From Candidatus Omnitrophota bacterium (GTDB lineage: Bacteria > Omnitrophota > Gorgyraeia > Gygaellales > Profunditerraquicolaceae), in NCBI GenBank assembly GCA_028716965.1, contig JAQUOV010000004.1, forward strand, positions 140,298 to 204,297: DNA of 64,000 bases, in the 5' to 3' direction. A model generated the notes under the pieces. It was given only the letters and a program-made list of their open reading frames with translations, was not told the origin of the DNA and did no database searches. Shown one piece after another: positions 9,813 through 18,580 of this stretch (positions are counted from its first letter, which is position 1; each line of letters opens with the position of its first letter). Both the position numbers and the translations under genes were made by a program.

Positions 9813-10642
9813 ACATTGAAACAGCCGGCACGCGGTTAAAGAAAATACGCCAGGAAAGAGGCTTAAGCCTGGAAGAGGTCCAGAAAAAGACCAAGATCCA
9901 TATTAATGTCTTGCGCGCCATTGAAGGCGACAGTATCTCTAATCTAAACCCGATTTATCTTAAGGGTTTCATTAAGATTTATTGTAACTACCTGGGCCTT
10001 GACCTTAAGGAGTACTTAGGTCAGGCCAGCCAGCCGCATAAACCGGTTTTGAATGCTGCCGTCGGCAGGGATATAGGTGAGCGTATTGAGAAAAAACCCG
10101 CCCTGGTAAAAGAGGTTTCAGTCAAGCTCAGCGCGTTCAGGCCTTCGCCGGGGCTTAAGAAAATAATCATATTTGCGTTAATCGGGATAGTTTTTATATT
10201 CTTAGTTGTCAAACTGACCAGGTTAATTTCCTCCTGGCATAAGAACGTATCACAAAAGGCCAGAGCCTCATCTGCTGTCAGGACCTCCAAGGTTAAGCGC
10301 GAACTCTTACCCAAAGAAGCGATAAATAAGTCTTCAGCAAAAAATATCCCCAAGCAGGACAAGGCGCAGAAGAATTTGTCCCAGGGTTTTATGCTCGGTG
10401 TCTTTGCCCGCGATAAATCCTGGGTTTCCGCCAAGGTGGACGGGAAACTTGTTTTTCACGGCATGCTTGAACGCGGCAGGTCTGAAACCTGGCAGGCCAA
10501 AGATAAAATCGAACTGTCCATCGGCGATGCCGGGGCCGTAGAATTGCAGGTTAATGACCAGCGTTTTACCAAGCTTGGGCGGCGCGGCCAGTCTTTAAAG
10601 AATATTGTCATTAATAGAGACGGCCTGAAGATAGCCCGATGA
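9809..10642 (+). CDS. rodZ: RodZ-like cytoskeleton protein (HTH-XRE, TM, C-terminal DUF4115)
   Basis: N-terminal HTH (LKKIRQERGLSLEEV), a single TM helix, and a C-terminal beta domain typical of RodZ. Confidence 0.65.
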   Translation: MNIETAGTRLKKIRQERGLSLEEVQKKTKIHINVLRAIEGDSISNLNPIYLKGFIKIYCNYLGLDLKEYLGQASQPHKPVLNAAVGRDIGERIEKKPALVKEVSVKLSAFRPSPGLKKIIIFALIGIVFIFLVVKLTRLISSWHKNVSQKARASSAVRTSKVKRELLPKEAINKSSAKNIPKQDKAQKNLSQGFMLGVFARDKSWVSAKVDGKLVFHGMLERGRSETWQAKDKIELSIGDAGAVELQVNDQRFTKLGRRGQSLKNIVINRDGLKIAR

Positions 10643-11886
10643 GGCATAAGCTGGGGATATTAACTTTAGGCTGTCCGAGAAACCTGGTGGATGCCGAAGC
10701 ACTGCTTGCCCGGCTTAAATCCAAAGGTTATTCCATAGTTGATGATATGGCCGAGGCCGAAACGGCCCTGGTAAATACCTGCGCTTTTATCGAAGAGGCA
10801 AAGCGCGAATCGGTTGACGCCATCCTGGATTTAATAGAGCTTAAAAAGAAGGGTAAGCTCAAGAAGATAATTGTTCATGGCTGCCTCTCCCAGCGTTACA
10901 GGGATTTAAGCAAAGAGCTTCCGGAGGTAGATGCCTTTGTAGGCTCGCTCGGGCTTAACCACGAATCAGGAAGGTTTGCTTTAACTCCTAAACACTACGC
11001 TTATTTAAAAATATGCGAAGGCTGCGTAAATAATTGCAGCTATTGTATTATTCCCAAGATTAAGGGTAAGCTAAAAAGCCTGGATGAGGGATCAATAATC
11101 CGGAGGGTAAAACGTTTTAACCGGGAGGGGATCTCCGAGCTTAATATTATCGGACAGGATATTACCGGCTTTGGCATGGATTCCTTGCCTAAAAGCCGCC
11201 TGGCCGGGCTGATAAGTAAAATTATCCGTAATGCGCCTGATATCGGATGGATCCGTCTTTTATATCTGAACCCTGAGCGCATATCCGATGAATTACTGGG
11301 GTTAATCAGGTCCCAGGAGCAGGTATGCAAGTATATTGATTTACCCGTGCAGCATATTAGTAACCGTATACTAAAACTAATGAACCGCCGGGTCACTAAA
11401 AAAGAGATAATCTCCCTGATTCATAAGATAAGGAAGGTTATCCCCGGAGTATCTTTGCGTACTTCGCTCATCGTAGGCTTTCCGTCAGAGTCGGATAAGG
11501 AGTTCAAGGAATTACTGAACTTTGTCAGAGAGGCAAGGTTTGAAAGATTGGGAGCTTTTATTTATTCCCGGGAAGAAGGTACTGCCGCTTATAGTTTTAA
11601 GGGGCAAATCAGCAAAGAAATCAAGCAACAAAGGTTTAACGCTGTTATGGCGGCACAGCAGATGGTATCTGCCGGTGTAAATGCCGGGTTTTTGGGCAAA
11701 AACATGCGCGTACTTATAGAGGAAAAACAGGATGGTGCTTATATCGGGCGCAGCCAGGCAGACGCCCCCGAGGTAGACGGCTTGGTTTATGTAAATTCCA
11801 AGCGCTTGCTTAAAATCGGGAAATTCACTGAGGTTAAAATAACCGACACCCTGGAGTATGACTTAGTGGGGGAGGCTGTAAATTGA
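10639..11886 (+). CDS. rimO: Ribosomal protein S12 methylthiotransferase RimO
   Basis: MTTase N-domain, radical SAM CxxxCxxC motif (CEGCVNNCSYC) and a C-terminal TRAM domain. Confidence 0.85.
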   Translation: MRHKLGILTLGCPRNLVDAEALLARLKSKGYSIVDDMAEAETALVNTCAFIEEAKRESVDAILDLIELKKKGKLKKIIVHGCLSQRYRDLSKELPEVDAFVGSLGLNHESGRFALTPKHYAYLKICEGCVNNCSYCIIPKIKGKLKSLDEGSIIRRVKRFNREGISELNIIGQDITGFGMDSLPKSRLAGLISKIIRNAPDIGWIRLLYLNPERISDELLGLIRSQEQVCKYIDLPVQHISNRILKLMNRRVTKKEIISLIHKIRKVIPGVSLRTSLIVGFPSESDKEFKELLNFVREARFERLGAFIYSREEGTAAYSFKGQISKEIKQQRFNAVMAAQQMVSAGVNAGFLGKNMRVLIEEKQDGAYIGRSQADAPEVDGLVYVNSKRLLKIGKFTEVKITDTLEYDLVGEAVN

Positions 11887-11937
11887 GAGCCTGCGCAGCA
11901 GCAAGCAAATTAAAATATTAAATACGAAAGAAGGTGT

Positions 11938-12519
11938 ATGATGAATCTTGCCAACCGTTTGACCATGTCACGGATTTTGTTAACCTTTGTGTTCATGTTC
12001 TTTTTGTTCTGCCAGGGGCTTTGGCCCAAGGTAGCCAGCTTGATCGTTTTTATCCTTGCTGCATTGTCTGATTTATTTGACGGTATGATTGCCCAGCGCA
12101 GGAACATGGTCACGGATTTTGGAAGACTTATGGACCCTATCGCCGATAAGATACTGGTGCTGGCGGCTTTTGCGGCGTTTGTGCAGCTGCAGCTGATTGA
12201 TGCCTGGATGTTCGTGATCATTATTGCCCGGGAGATCATGATCACTTCTTTGCGCCTTTTTGCCTTGAATAAAGGCAAGGTGCTTTCAGCGGCGCGGGCC
12301 GGAAAACATAAGACGGTTTTACAGATGGCCGTGATATTTACTATCCTTGGTTTTATTTTGCTTAAAGAAATAGTGCTCAGGTATTCCACCTGGAACCCTG
12401 CCTGGGAGAAGATTTTCCGCCAGGGGATATTCTGCCTTATGCTGCTTACGGTCGGTCTTACCCTTTATTCCGGGTTGTCATATCTTTGGGAGAACCGCAA
12501 GATAATTACCCGTCTATGA
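11938..12519 (+). CDS. pgsA: CDP-diacylglycerol--glycerol-3-phosphate 3-phosphatidyltransferase
   Basis: CDP-alcohol phosphatidyltransferase motif (DG...AR...G...DPIADK). Four TM helices. Confidence 0.85.
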   Translation: MMNLANRLTMSRILLTFVFMFFLFCQGLWPKVASLIVFILAALSDLFDGMIAQRRNMVTDFGRLMDPIADKILVLAAFAAFVQLQLIDAWMFVIIIAREIMITSLRLFALNKGKVLSAARAGKHKTVLQMAVIFTILGFILLKEIVLRYSTWNPAWEKIFRQGIFCLMLLTVGLTLYSGLSYLWENRKIITRL

Positions 12520-12980
12520 AGCTTGCCGCATTGTCTAATCTGCTGGTTAAGACAATCAGCACATTCTTTTTCGTCGGTTATCTGCCTTTGATCCCGGGGA
12601 CATTCGGCAGTATCGCGGGCATAGGCATATTTTACCTGTTTAACGGCAGAAGTTGGGCAGGTTATCTTTTATTGATCTTTTGCATAATGATCTTAGGGTT
12701 ATTAACCAGCGGCAGGGCGGAAAAGCTGCTGAACAGGAAGGATCCGGGTTGTATCGTGATTGATGAAGTAATGGGCATGCTTGTTGCCCTTAGTTTCCTG
12801 CCTCATGATCCAAAAATAATTATCCTGGCTTTCTTTATTTTCAGGATCCTTGATACGCTTAAGCCTTTTCCCGCTGGCAGGCTGCAGAATATGCACGGGG
12901 CAGTAGGGGTAATGGGCGATGACCTGGTTGCTGGCATCTATGCCAATATCGTGTTGCAGTTGATCTTAAGGTTAAGTTAA
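12486..12980 (+). CDS. pgpA: Phosphatidylglycerophosphatase A
   Basis: PGTFGS motif and membrane topology typical of PgpA. Follows pgsA. Confidence 0.8.
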   Translation: MGEPQDNYPSMKLAALSNLLVKTISTFFFVGYLPLIPGTFGSIAGIGIFYLFNGRSWAGYLLLIFCIMILGLLTSGRAEKLLNRKDPGCIVIDEVMGMLVALSFLPHDPKIIILAFFIFRILDTLKPFPAGRLQNMHGAVGVMGDDLVAGIYANIVLQLILRLS

Positions 12981-13541
12981 GAGGATAAATTTCTCCAGGA
13001 GCGCATAAGTTGGACCCTTTGGCTCAAGGGTGCTTTCAAACAGAGCAATCTTTCCGCAGGCAAACTCCCAATTTGCGCCGGCAATTTCGTTTTCTATCTT
13101 ATTAAGAACTTTTCCTAAATCAGCAGGGGCAATATGCTCTTTTACGCGGCCGATGGTAATGTGCGCGCGGAAAGGCCGTTGTTCCTGGGGTATACCTGTT
13201 TGGACCAGCCTTGTCTCCAGCTGAAGCGCAAGCTGCTTTAACCCTAAAGGCAGCTGGTCGCTCCCCATCCAGATTATCCTTGCCGCATGCATATTAGGGA
13301 AGACGCCCGCGCTGTTTATTTTAATCTTAAAAGCGGGAGATATTTTTGTTATTTCAGTAATTATTTCTTTAATCCCGTTTAACTGTTCAAAAGTGATATC
13401 CCCCAGGAATTTCAGGGTAAGGTGCAGGTTTTGCGGCTTGACCCATCTGATTTCAGGCGTTCCAGTTTTTAACCTCTCCTGGATCACTGAAAGACTATCT
13501 TGAATTTCCTCCGGGAGCTCTATGGCGATAAATGTGCGCAT
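12972..13541 (-). CDS. thpR: RNA 2',3'-cyclic phosphodiesterase (2'-5' RNA ligase family, LigT/ThpR)
   Basis: Two H-x-T-x motifs (HLTLKFLG and HITIGR). Confidence 0.8.
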   Translation of the reverse strand: MRTFIAIELPEEIQDSLSVIQERLKTGTPEIRWVKPQNLHLTLKFLGDITFEQLNGIKEIITEITKISPAFKIKINSAGVFPNMHAARIIWMGSDQLPLGLKQLALQLETRLVQTGIPQEQRPFRAHITIGRVKEHIAPADLGKVLNKIENEIAGANWEFACGKIALFESTLEPKGPTYALLEKFILLT

Positions 13542-13996
13542 AATAAACGCAATGCCTCTGCAATAGTTTTATTTCGGATGCCGTGCCGGCTTCCCCGGAA
13601 AGTAAATCTCCGGCAAATATTCTTATCTTTTTCGGACAGCGATATAAAGACAGTGCCTACCGGTTTATTTACGCTTGAACCGCCTGGCCCGGCAAGACCG
13701 GTTATACCGATGCCTAAATCTGCCTTTGATTTCTTGCGGATGCCTTCTGCCATTGATATTGCCACCTGGCGGGAAATCGCACCATATTTAGAGATAAGCT
13801 TTGCGGGGACCTGCAGGATTTTTTCTTTAGAGCTATTACTGTAAGCAACTATGCCCAGGAGGAAATAGGCCGAGGCGCCCGGCTTCTGGGTTAATTTAGC
13901 ACAAAGCAGCCCTCCGCTGCAGGATTCGGCAATGGCGATAGTTTTTTTCTGGTGGAGTAGCTGGTTATGGATTTCAGATATTATTTTATCAGGCAT
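13520..13996 (-). CDS. pncC: CinA C-terminal domain protein / NMN amidohydrolase PncC
   Basis: IAIAESCSGGLL motif of the CinA_C domain. Confidence 0.8.
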   Translation of the reverse strand: MPDKIISEIHNQLLHQKKTIAIAESCSGGLLCAKLTQKPGASAYFLLGIVAYSNSSKEKILQVPAKLISKYGAISRQVAISMAEGIRKKSKADLGIGITGLAGPGGSSVNKPVGTVFISLSEKDKNICRRFTFRGSRHGIRNKTIAEALRLLCAHLSP

Positions 13997-14025
13997 TACC
14001 GTTATTATAGCCGTTTTTAATTATG

Positions 14026-14053
14026 TTGACAAGCCCGGTTTTTCTGTTAAAAT
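14026..14053 (+). promoter_or_regulatory. Candidate promoter for the FMN riboswitch-ribBA leader (TTGACA-16-TAAAAT)
   Basis: TTGACA at 14026-14031, TAAAAT at 14048-14053. The -35 box overlaps a minus-strand TTGTCA-17-TATAAT promoter for cinA. Confidence 0.45.
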
Positions 14054-14065
14054 AATAACAATTAA

Positions 14066-14270
14066 TCTTTAGGGCAAGGTGACCTGCCTGACGGTAGGCA
14101 GGAATTCCTTACCGGCGGTGCAGCCCGCGAGCTGGCGCTTGGATTCTAGCGCCAGCAGATCCGGTGAGATTCCGGAGCCGATGGTGCCATGCGGATGGCC
14201 ACTGGCGCAATTCAAATTAACGCCAGGTGCGGTCTTCCGTATGTCGAAAGTCCAGATGGAAAAAGATTAA
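14066..14270 (+). ncRNA. FMN riboswitch (RFN element) aptamer
   Basis: Conserved RFN blocks: GGGCAAGGTGA...AATTCC..ACCGGCGGT..AGCCCGCGAGC...GGTGAGATTCCGGAGCCGATGGT...GAAAGTCCAGATGGAAAAAG. Lies immediately upstream of ribBA. Confidence 0.85.
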
Positions 14271-14280
14271 AATTAATACG

Positions 14281-14308
14281 CCCAAAGATTGCCTTTGGGT
14301 TTTTTATT
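14281..14308 (+). terminator. Intrinsic terminator (riboswitch expression platform)
   Basis: Hairpin CCCAAAGattgCCTTTGGG followed by TTTTTTATT. Confidence 0.75.
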
Positions 14309-14341
14309 AGTGCTTAAGGGCTGGATAGTGGAGATATAACC

Positions 14342-15550
14342 GTGTTTAATTCAATTCCCGAGATCATTGAAGATTTAAAAGCAGGCAGAATGGTGATTGT
14401 GGTTGATGATGAAGACCGCGAGAATGAAGGTGACCTGATCATGGCTGCTTCATTTATCAAACCCGAAGATATAAACTTTATGGCTAAGTTCGGACGCGGG
14501 CTTATTTGTGTGCCTATGGAAGAAGAGAGGCTGCGTTTGCTGGAGCTTGACCCGATGCTTAAGAATACCCTGCAGGCCAACGCGGAGGATCCTTTTAAGA
14601 CTGCCTGGATGATCTCTGTTGATGCCGCCAAAGGGGTGACTACGGGGATCTCTGCTTATGACCGGGCCAGGACAATTGAGGTCTTGATTAACGGACAAAG
14701 CAGGCCGGAAGACCTGGCGCGTCCGGGGCATATCTTTCCTTTGCGTTCACGGCGGGGAGGTGTTTTAGTCAGGGCAGGGCACACTGAAGCAAGTTTGGAT
14801 CTGATGCGCCTGGCAGGGCTTTATCCGGCGGGAGTGATTTGCGAGATTATGAATGATGATGGTTCCATGGCCCGCCTGCCGCAGCTTTTGGAGTTTGCCG
14901 GTAAGCACACTTTAAAGATTTGCACTATTGCCAGCCTTATTGAGTACCGGCGCAGGAAAGAGAAGCTGGTTGAGGCCATAGTTCAGACAAAGCTGCCTAC
15001 CAGATTCGGCGAATTCAGGTTGGTTATCTACCGTGATAAGACCAGTAACCAGACGCATATAGCGCTTTGTATGGGTAGCTGGTCTTCCGAGGCTATATTG
15101 GTACGCGTGCATTCGGAATGCCTGACCGGTGATGTTTTTGGTTCATTGCGCTGTGACTGCGGCAGGCAGTTAGAAAGAGCAATGCAGATTATCTCACTTG
15201 AGAAAAAAGGGGTAGTCCTTTATATGAACCAGGAGGGAAGAGGGATAGGCCTGGTGGAGAAGCTGCGCGCTTATAACCTTCAGGATAAAGGGATGGATAC
15301 GGTTGAAGCAAATGAAGCATTGGGGCATAAGGCTGACCTGCGTGATTATGGCATTGGCGCCCAGATCCTCGTGGATTTAGGAGTTAAGCAGATCAGGTTG
15401 TTGACTAATAACCCGCGTAAGATTGTCGGCCTGGAAGGTTATGGTTTGAAGGTTTCTGAACGCGTGCCTTTAGAGATAGAGCCTAACGCGGAGAATTACC
15501 GGTACCTTAAAACAAAAAAAGAAAAATTGGGGCATCATATAGATATATAG
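14342..15550 (+). CDS. ribBA: Bifunctional 3,4-dihydroxy-2-butanone-4-phosphate synthase / GTP cyclohydrolase II
   Basis: DHBP synthase N-domain ([11 protein letters not shown]) and GTP cyclohydrolase II C-domain (CxxC...C zinc site, RGIGL). Confidence 0.95.
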   Translation: MFNSIPEIIEDLKAGRMVIVVDDEDRENEGDLIMAASFIKPEDINFMAKFGRGLICVPMEEERLRLLELDPMLKNTLQANAEDPFKTAWMISVDAAKGVTTGISAYDRARTIEVLINGQSRPEDLARPGHIFPLRSRRGGVLVRAGHTEASLDLMRLAGLYPAGVICEIMNDDGSMARLPQLLEFAGKHTLKICTIASLIEYRRRKEKLVEAIVQTKLPTRFGEFRLVIYRDKTSNQTHIALCMGSWSSEAILVRVHSECLTGDVFGSLRCDCGRQLERAMQIISLEKKGVVLYMNQEGRGIGLVEKLRAYNLQDKGMDTVEANEALGHKADLRDYGIGAQILVDLGVKQIRLLTNNPRKIVGLEGYGLKVSERVPLEIEPNAENYRYLKTKKEKLGHHIDI

Positions 15551-15610
15551 CGGGTAGGCAGTAGATAGAATGCAGTATGCAGGGAACATAGAAAAAGAAG
15601 GGAGAATGAG

Positions 15611-16078
15611 ATGGTAAAAGTAATGGAAGGGAACTTGTTGGCAAAGGGAAGGTCTTTTGGTTTGGTGGCTTCGCGGTTTAATGATTTTATGACCAAGGAG
15701 CTGGTAAGCGGCTGTATCGATACATTGGTCAGGCATGGCGCAGATGACAAAAATATTACTGTGGCCTGGGTCCCCGGGGCATTTGAGGTCCCTGTGGTGG
15801 CGCAGAAAATGGCTAAAACTAAGTCGTTTGATGCCTTGATTTGTTTAGGGACGGTTATCCGCGGGGCGACTCCGCATTTTGATTATATTGCTTCTGAAGC
15901 GGCAAAGGGCGTAGCCAAGGTTTCTTTGGACAGCGGGATCCCGGTTATCTTCGGCATTATTACCGCCGATACTATTGAACAGGCAGTAGAACGCGCAGGT
16001 TCTAAAGATGGTAATAAAGGCCGTGATGCGGCCCTTTCGGCTATAGAGATGGTGAATTTAACAGGGCAGTTGAAATAA
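15611..16078 (+). CDS. ribH: 6,7-dimethyl-8-ribityllumazine synthase
   Basis: 155 aa lumazine synthase fold (FNDFMT...GAFEVP...). Confidence 0.9.
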   Translation: MVKVMEGNLLAKGRSFGLVASRFNDFMTKELVSGCIDTLVRHGADDKNITVAWVPGAFEVPVVAQKMAKTKSFDALICLGTVIRGATPHFDYIASEAAKGVAKVSLDSGIPVIFGIITADTIEQAVERAGSKDGNKGRDAALSAIEMVNLTGQLK

Positions 16079-16194
16079 TATTATTAATCTCTTCCCGCCT
16101 CAGAATATTCGGCGGGATAATCCTTGTCCGTTTCGCTCGCAAGGACTGCGTTAGATAAAAACTATAAGGTGCTTGATTGGCGCATTAATTACTT

Positions 16195-16611
16195 ATGAGA
16201 AAAAGAACTAAGGCTCGTGAATATGTATTGCAAATGCTCTATCAGGTGGATATTACCCGGGGCAATTGGCAGGATATAATGAATAGCTTCTGGGAGTCTG
16301 GCCTTCAGGAAGATATTCCTGCTGAACTTAAGGAATTCTCCGCAGATTTGCTAAAAGGGGTGGTTGAGCATATGCACGAGATTGACGAAAAGATAAGCAA
16401 GTATGCGGCAAACTGGAAGCTTGAGCGTATGGCATTTGTGGACCGTAATATTATGCGCTTAGGTTGTTTTGAGCTTATTTTCCGTGAGGATATCCCCCCC
16501 AAAGTAACGATAAATGAAGCAGTAGAGCTGGCCAAGAAATATTCCGGGTCTGAATCCGGCAAGTTTGTCAATGCCATACTGGACCAGATAAAAATCGAGA
16601 AAGACAAGTAA
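16195..16611 (+). CDS. nusB: Transcription antitermination factor NusB
   Basis: 138 aa NusB family protein (RxxARExxLQxLY). Conserved position after ribH. Confidence 0.85.
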   Translation: MRKRTKAREYVLQMLYQVDITRGNWQDIMNSFWESGLQEDIPAELKEFSADLLKGVVEHMHEIDEKISKYAANWKLERMAFVDRNIMRLGCFELIFREDIPPKVTINEAVELAKKYSGSESGKFVNAILDQIKIEKDK

Positions 16612-16670
16612 CCTTCTTGCGCTTTTTGTATTAAGATATTAAAGGAGCAAGGAATCAAGGAAGGTATAAA

Positions 16671-17486
16671 ATGAAATACGCTGATTTGCATGTGCATACT
16701 TCTGAGAGCGACGGAACATTTACGCCTGAACAACTGGTTAAACAGGCGCTTGAGCGCGGGCTTTCAGCGATTGCCGTAGTTGACCATGATACGGTAGGGG
16801 CGATCCCCGGGGCCTTGAAAGCCGCGCAGGGGACGGATTTAGAGCTTATCCCGGGTATTGAGTTAACCGCGCAATACGGGAACCAGGAGATCCATATACT
16901 CGGATATTTTATAGATTTTCAGGATAAAGTATTGCTTGATAAATTAAAATTAGTACAGCTTAACCGTATTGAGCGTATCCATAAAATTGTAAGTAATCTG
17001 GAGGGGCAGGGGGTAAACCTTAATACGCAAACTGTTTTTGATATCTCCGGCAAAGGCAGCGTAGGCAGGATGCATATTGCCCGGGCGCTGGTTAAGGAGG
17101 GATGGGTTGCTACGCCCGCTGAAGCATTCAGAAAATACATCGGGGATAAATCTCCGGCCTATGTAGCGGGTTTTAGCCTTTCTCCGGCTGAGGCAATCAG
17201 CCTGATTAAGGGCTCAGGCGGAGTAGCTGTCCTGGCGCATCCGTATTTGCTGCATAATGACGAATTGATCCCTGAGTTTGCCGGTTATGGATTGCAAGGC
17301 ATAGAGGTTTATTATCCCGAGCATTCACAGTCTATGGTTAATTTTTATCTGGGCTTGGCGAAGAAACTGAATCTTTTGGTTACCGGCGGTTCGGATTTTC
17401 ACGGCAGCGTAAAACCCGAAATAAAATTAGGGACAATTAAAATACCTATTGAGCTGGTGGAGAAGCTGCGCCAGGGCATAAGATGA
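16671..17486 (+). CDS. PHP-domain metal-dependent phosphoesterase (TrpH/YciV-like)
   Basis: N-terminal HVHTSESDG PHP motif. The stop overlaps the ribD start (ATGA). Confidence 0.75.
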   Translation: MKYADLHVHTSESDGTFTPEQLVKQALERGLSAIAVVDHDTVGAIPGALKAAQGTDLELIPGIELTAQYGNQEIHILGYFIDFQDKVLLDKLKLVQLNRIERIHKIVSNLEGQGVNLNTQTVFDISGKGSVGRMHIARALVKEGWVATPAEAFRKYIGDKSPAYVAGFSLSPAEAISLIKGSGGVAVLAHPYLLHNDELIPEFAGYGLQGIEVYYPEHSQSMVNFYLGLAKKLNLLVTGGSDFHGSVKPEIKLGTIKIPIELVEKLRQGIR

Positions 17487-18580
17487 TTAAGAAAAGCGAT
17501 GAATATTACATGGGATTGGCTTTAAAGTTAGCCCTCAAGGCCAGAGGCGCAACTTCCCCCAATCCTTTAGTAGGAGCCTTGGTCGTAAAGTCCGGGAAGA
17601 TTGCCGGCAGGGGTTTTCATGCCAAAGCCGGCTTCGCTCATGCGGAGATTATCGCCATAGATGAAGCGGGGAGGAAGGCGAAGGGAGCTACTTTATATGT
17701 TACGCTTGAGCCGTGCGCGCATACGGGCCGCACCCCGCCGTGCGTGAACCGTATAATCCAAAGCGGTATAAGAGAAGTGGTTATCGGCATGATTGATCCT
17801 AACCCTTTGAACAACGGCAAGGGTGTTTTGTTGCTTAAAGAGAGTAATATTAATGTCAGGGTAGGAGTCTTAGGCGAACAGCTAAAGAAGGTGAATGAGG
17901 TTTTTATAAAATACATTACTACCGGCATCCCTTTTGTTACGGTTAAAGTTGCGCAGTCCCTTGACGGTCGTATCGCGACTTTTACCGGTGATTCTAAATG
18001 GATTACTTCGGACAGGTCGCGTGTTTTTGCGCATAAGATACGCAGAGATTACGATGCGATTATGGTAGGCGTAAATACGGTGCTGCGTGACAATCCCCGC
18101 CTTGATGCCGTTCCGCAGCAGGGGCGCTTAATCAAGATAATCATAGATAGCAATTTAAGTACTCCTGAAAATTCCAATATTTTTTCAGGGGCAAGCAAAG
18201 TAATCATTGTTACTTTGCCCAGCCATCCAGGACAGGAGACCGAGAACCGCAAGAATCTGGCGGCAAAAGCTACGATCCTTGAGGTGAAAGAGAAAGATGG
18301 GCAGATTAATTTACGCCACGCCCTTAAGAAATTAGCCGGGTTGCAAATCAGCAATATTATCGTTGAAGGCGGCGGTACGCTTATCGGTTCGCTGTTTGAT
18401 GAGAAGCTGGTGGATAAGATACTATTCTTCGTCAGCCCTAAGATCATCGGAGGCAAAAACGCTGTTTCATCGGTAATGGGCAGGGGCGTAAAACGCCCGG
18501 ATCAGGCGATAAAACTTGGCCAGCTAAAGACGCGCCGCCTGGCGGAAGATATACTTATTGAGGCAAACATAATAAAATAA
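17483..18580 (+). CDS. ribD: Bifunctional riboflavin biosynthesis protein RibD (deaminase/reductase)
   Basis: CMP/dCMP deaminase zinc motif (HAE...PCxxC) and a C-terminal RibD reductase domain. Confidence 0.9.
   Translation: MIKKSDEYYMGLALKLALKARGATSPNPLVGALVVKSGKIAGRGFHAKAGFAHAEIIAIDEAGRKAKGATLYVTLEPCAHTGRTPPCVNRIIQSGIREVVIGMIDPNPLNNGKGVLLLKESNINVRVGVLGEQLKKVNEVFIKYITTGIPFVTVKVAQSLDGRIATFTGDSKWITSDRSRVFAHKIRRDYDAIMVGVNTVLRDNPRLDAVPQQGRLIKIIIDSNLSTPENSNIFSGASKVIIVTLPSHPGQETENRKNLAAKATILEVKEKDGQINLRHALKKLAGLQISNIIVEGGGTLIGSLFDEKLVDKILFFVSPKIIGGKNAVSSVMGRGVKRPDQAIKLGQLKTRRLAEDILIEANIIK

Noticed and set aside
11910-12389. 159-aa minus-strand ORF
   Set aside because: Antisense to pgsA, whose motifs are clear on the plus strand.
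13500-13844. 114-aa plus-strand ORF
   Set aside because: Opposite strand of the well-supported cinA/pncC gene.
14079-14270. 63-aa plus-strand ORF upstream of ribBA
   Set aside because: It lies entirely inside the FMN riboswitch aptamer, a non-coding leader.
16139-16185. The conserved 45-nt motif as a sigma-54 promoter
   Set aside because: GGTGC-N5-TTGG/TTCG only loosely resembles TGGCAC-N5-TTGC (GG and GC spacing imperfect), and no nearby enhancer-binding protein. Kept as an unassigned conserved motif instead.
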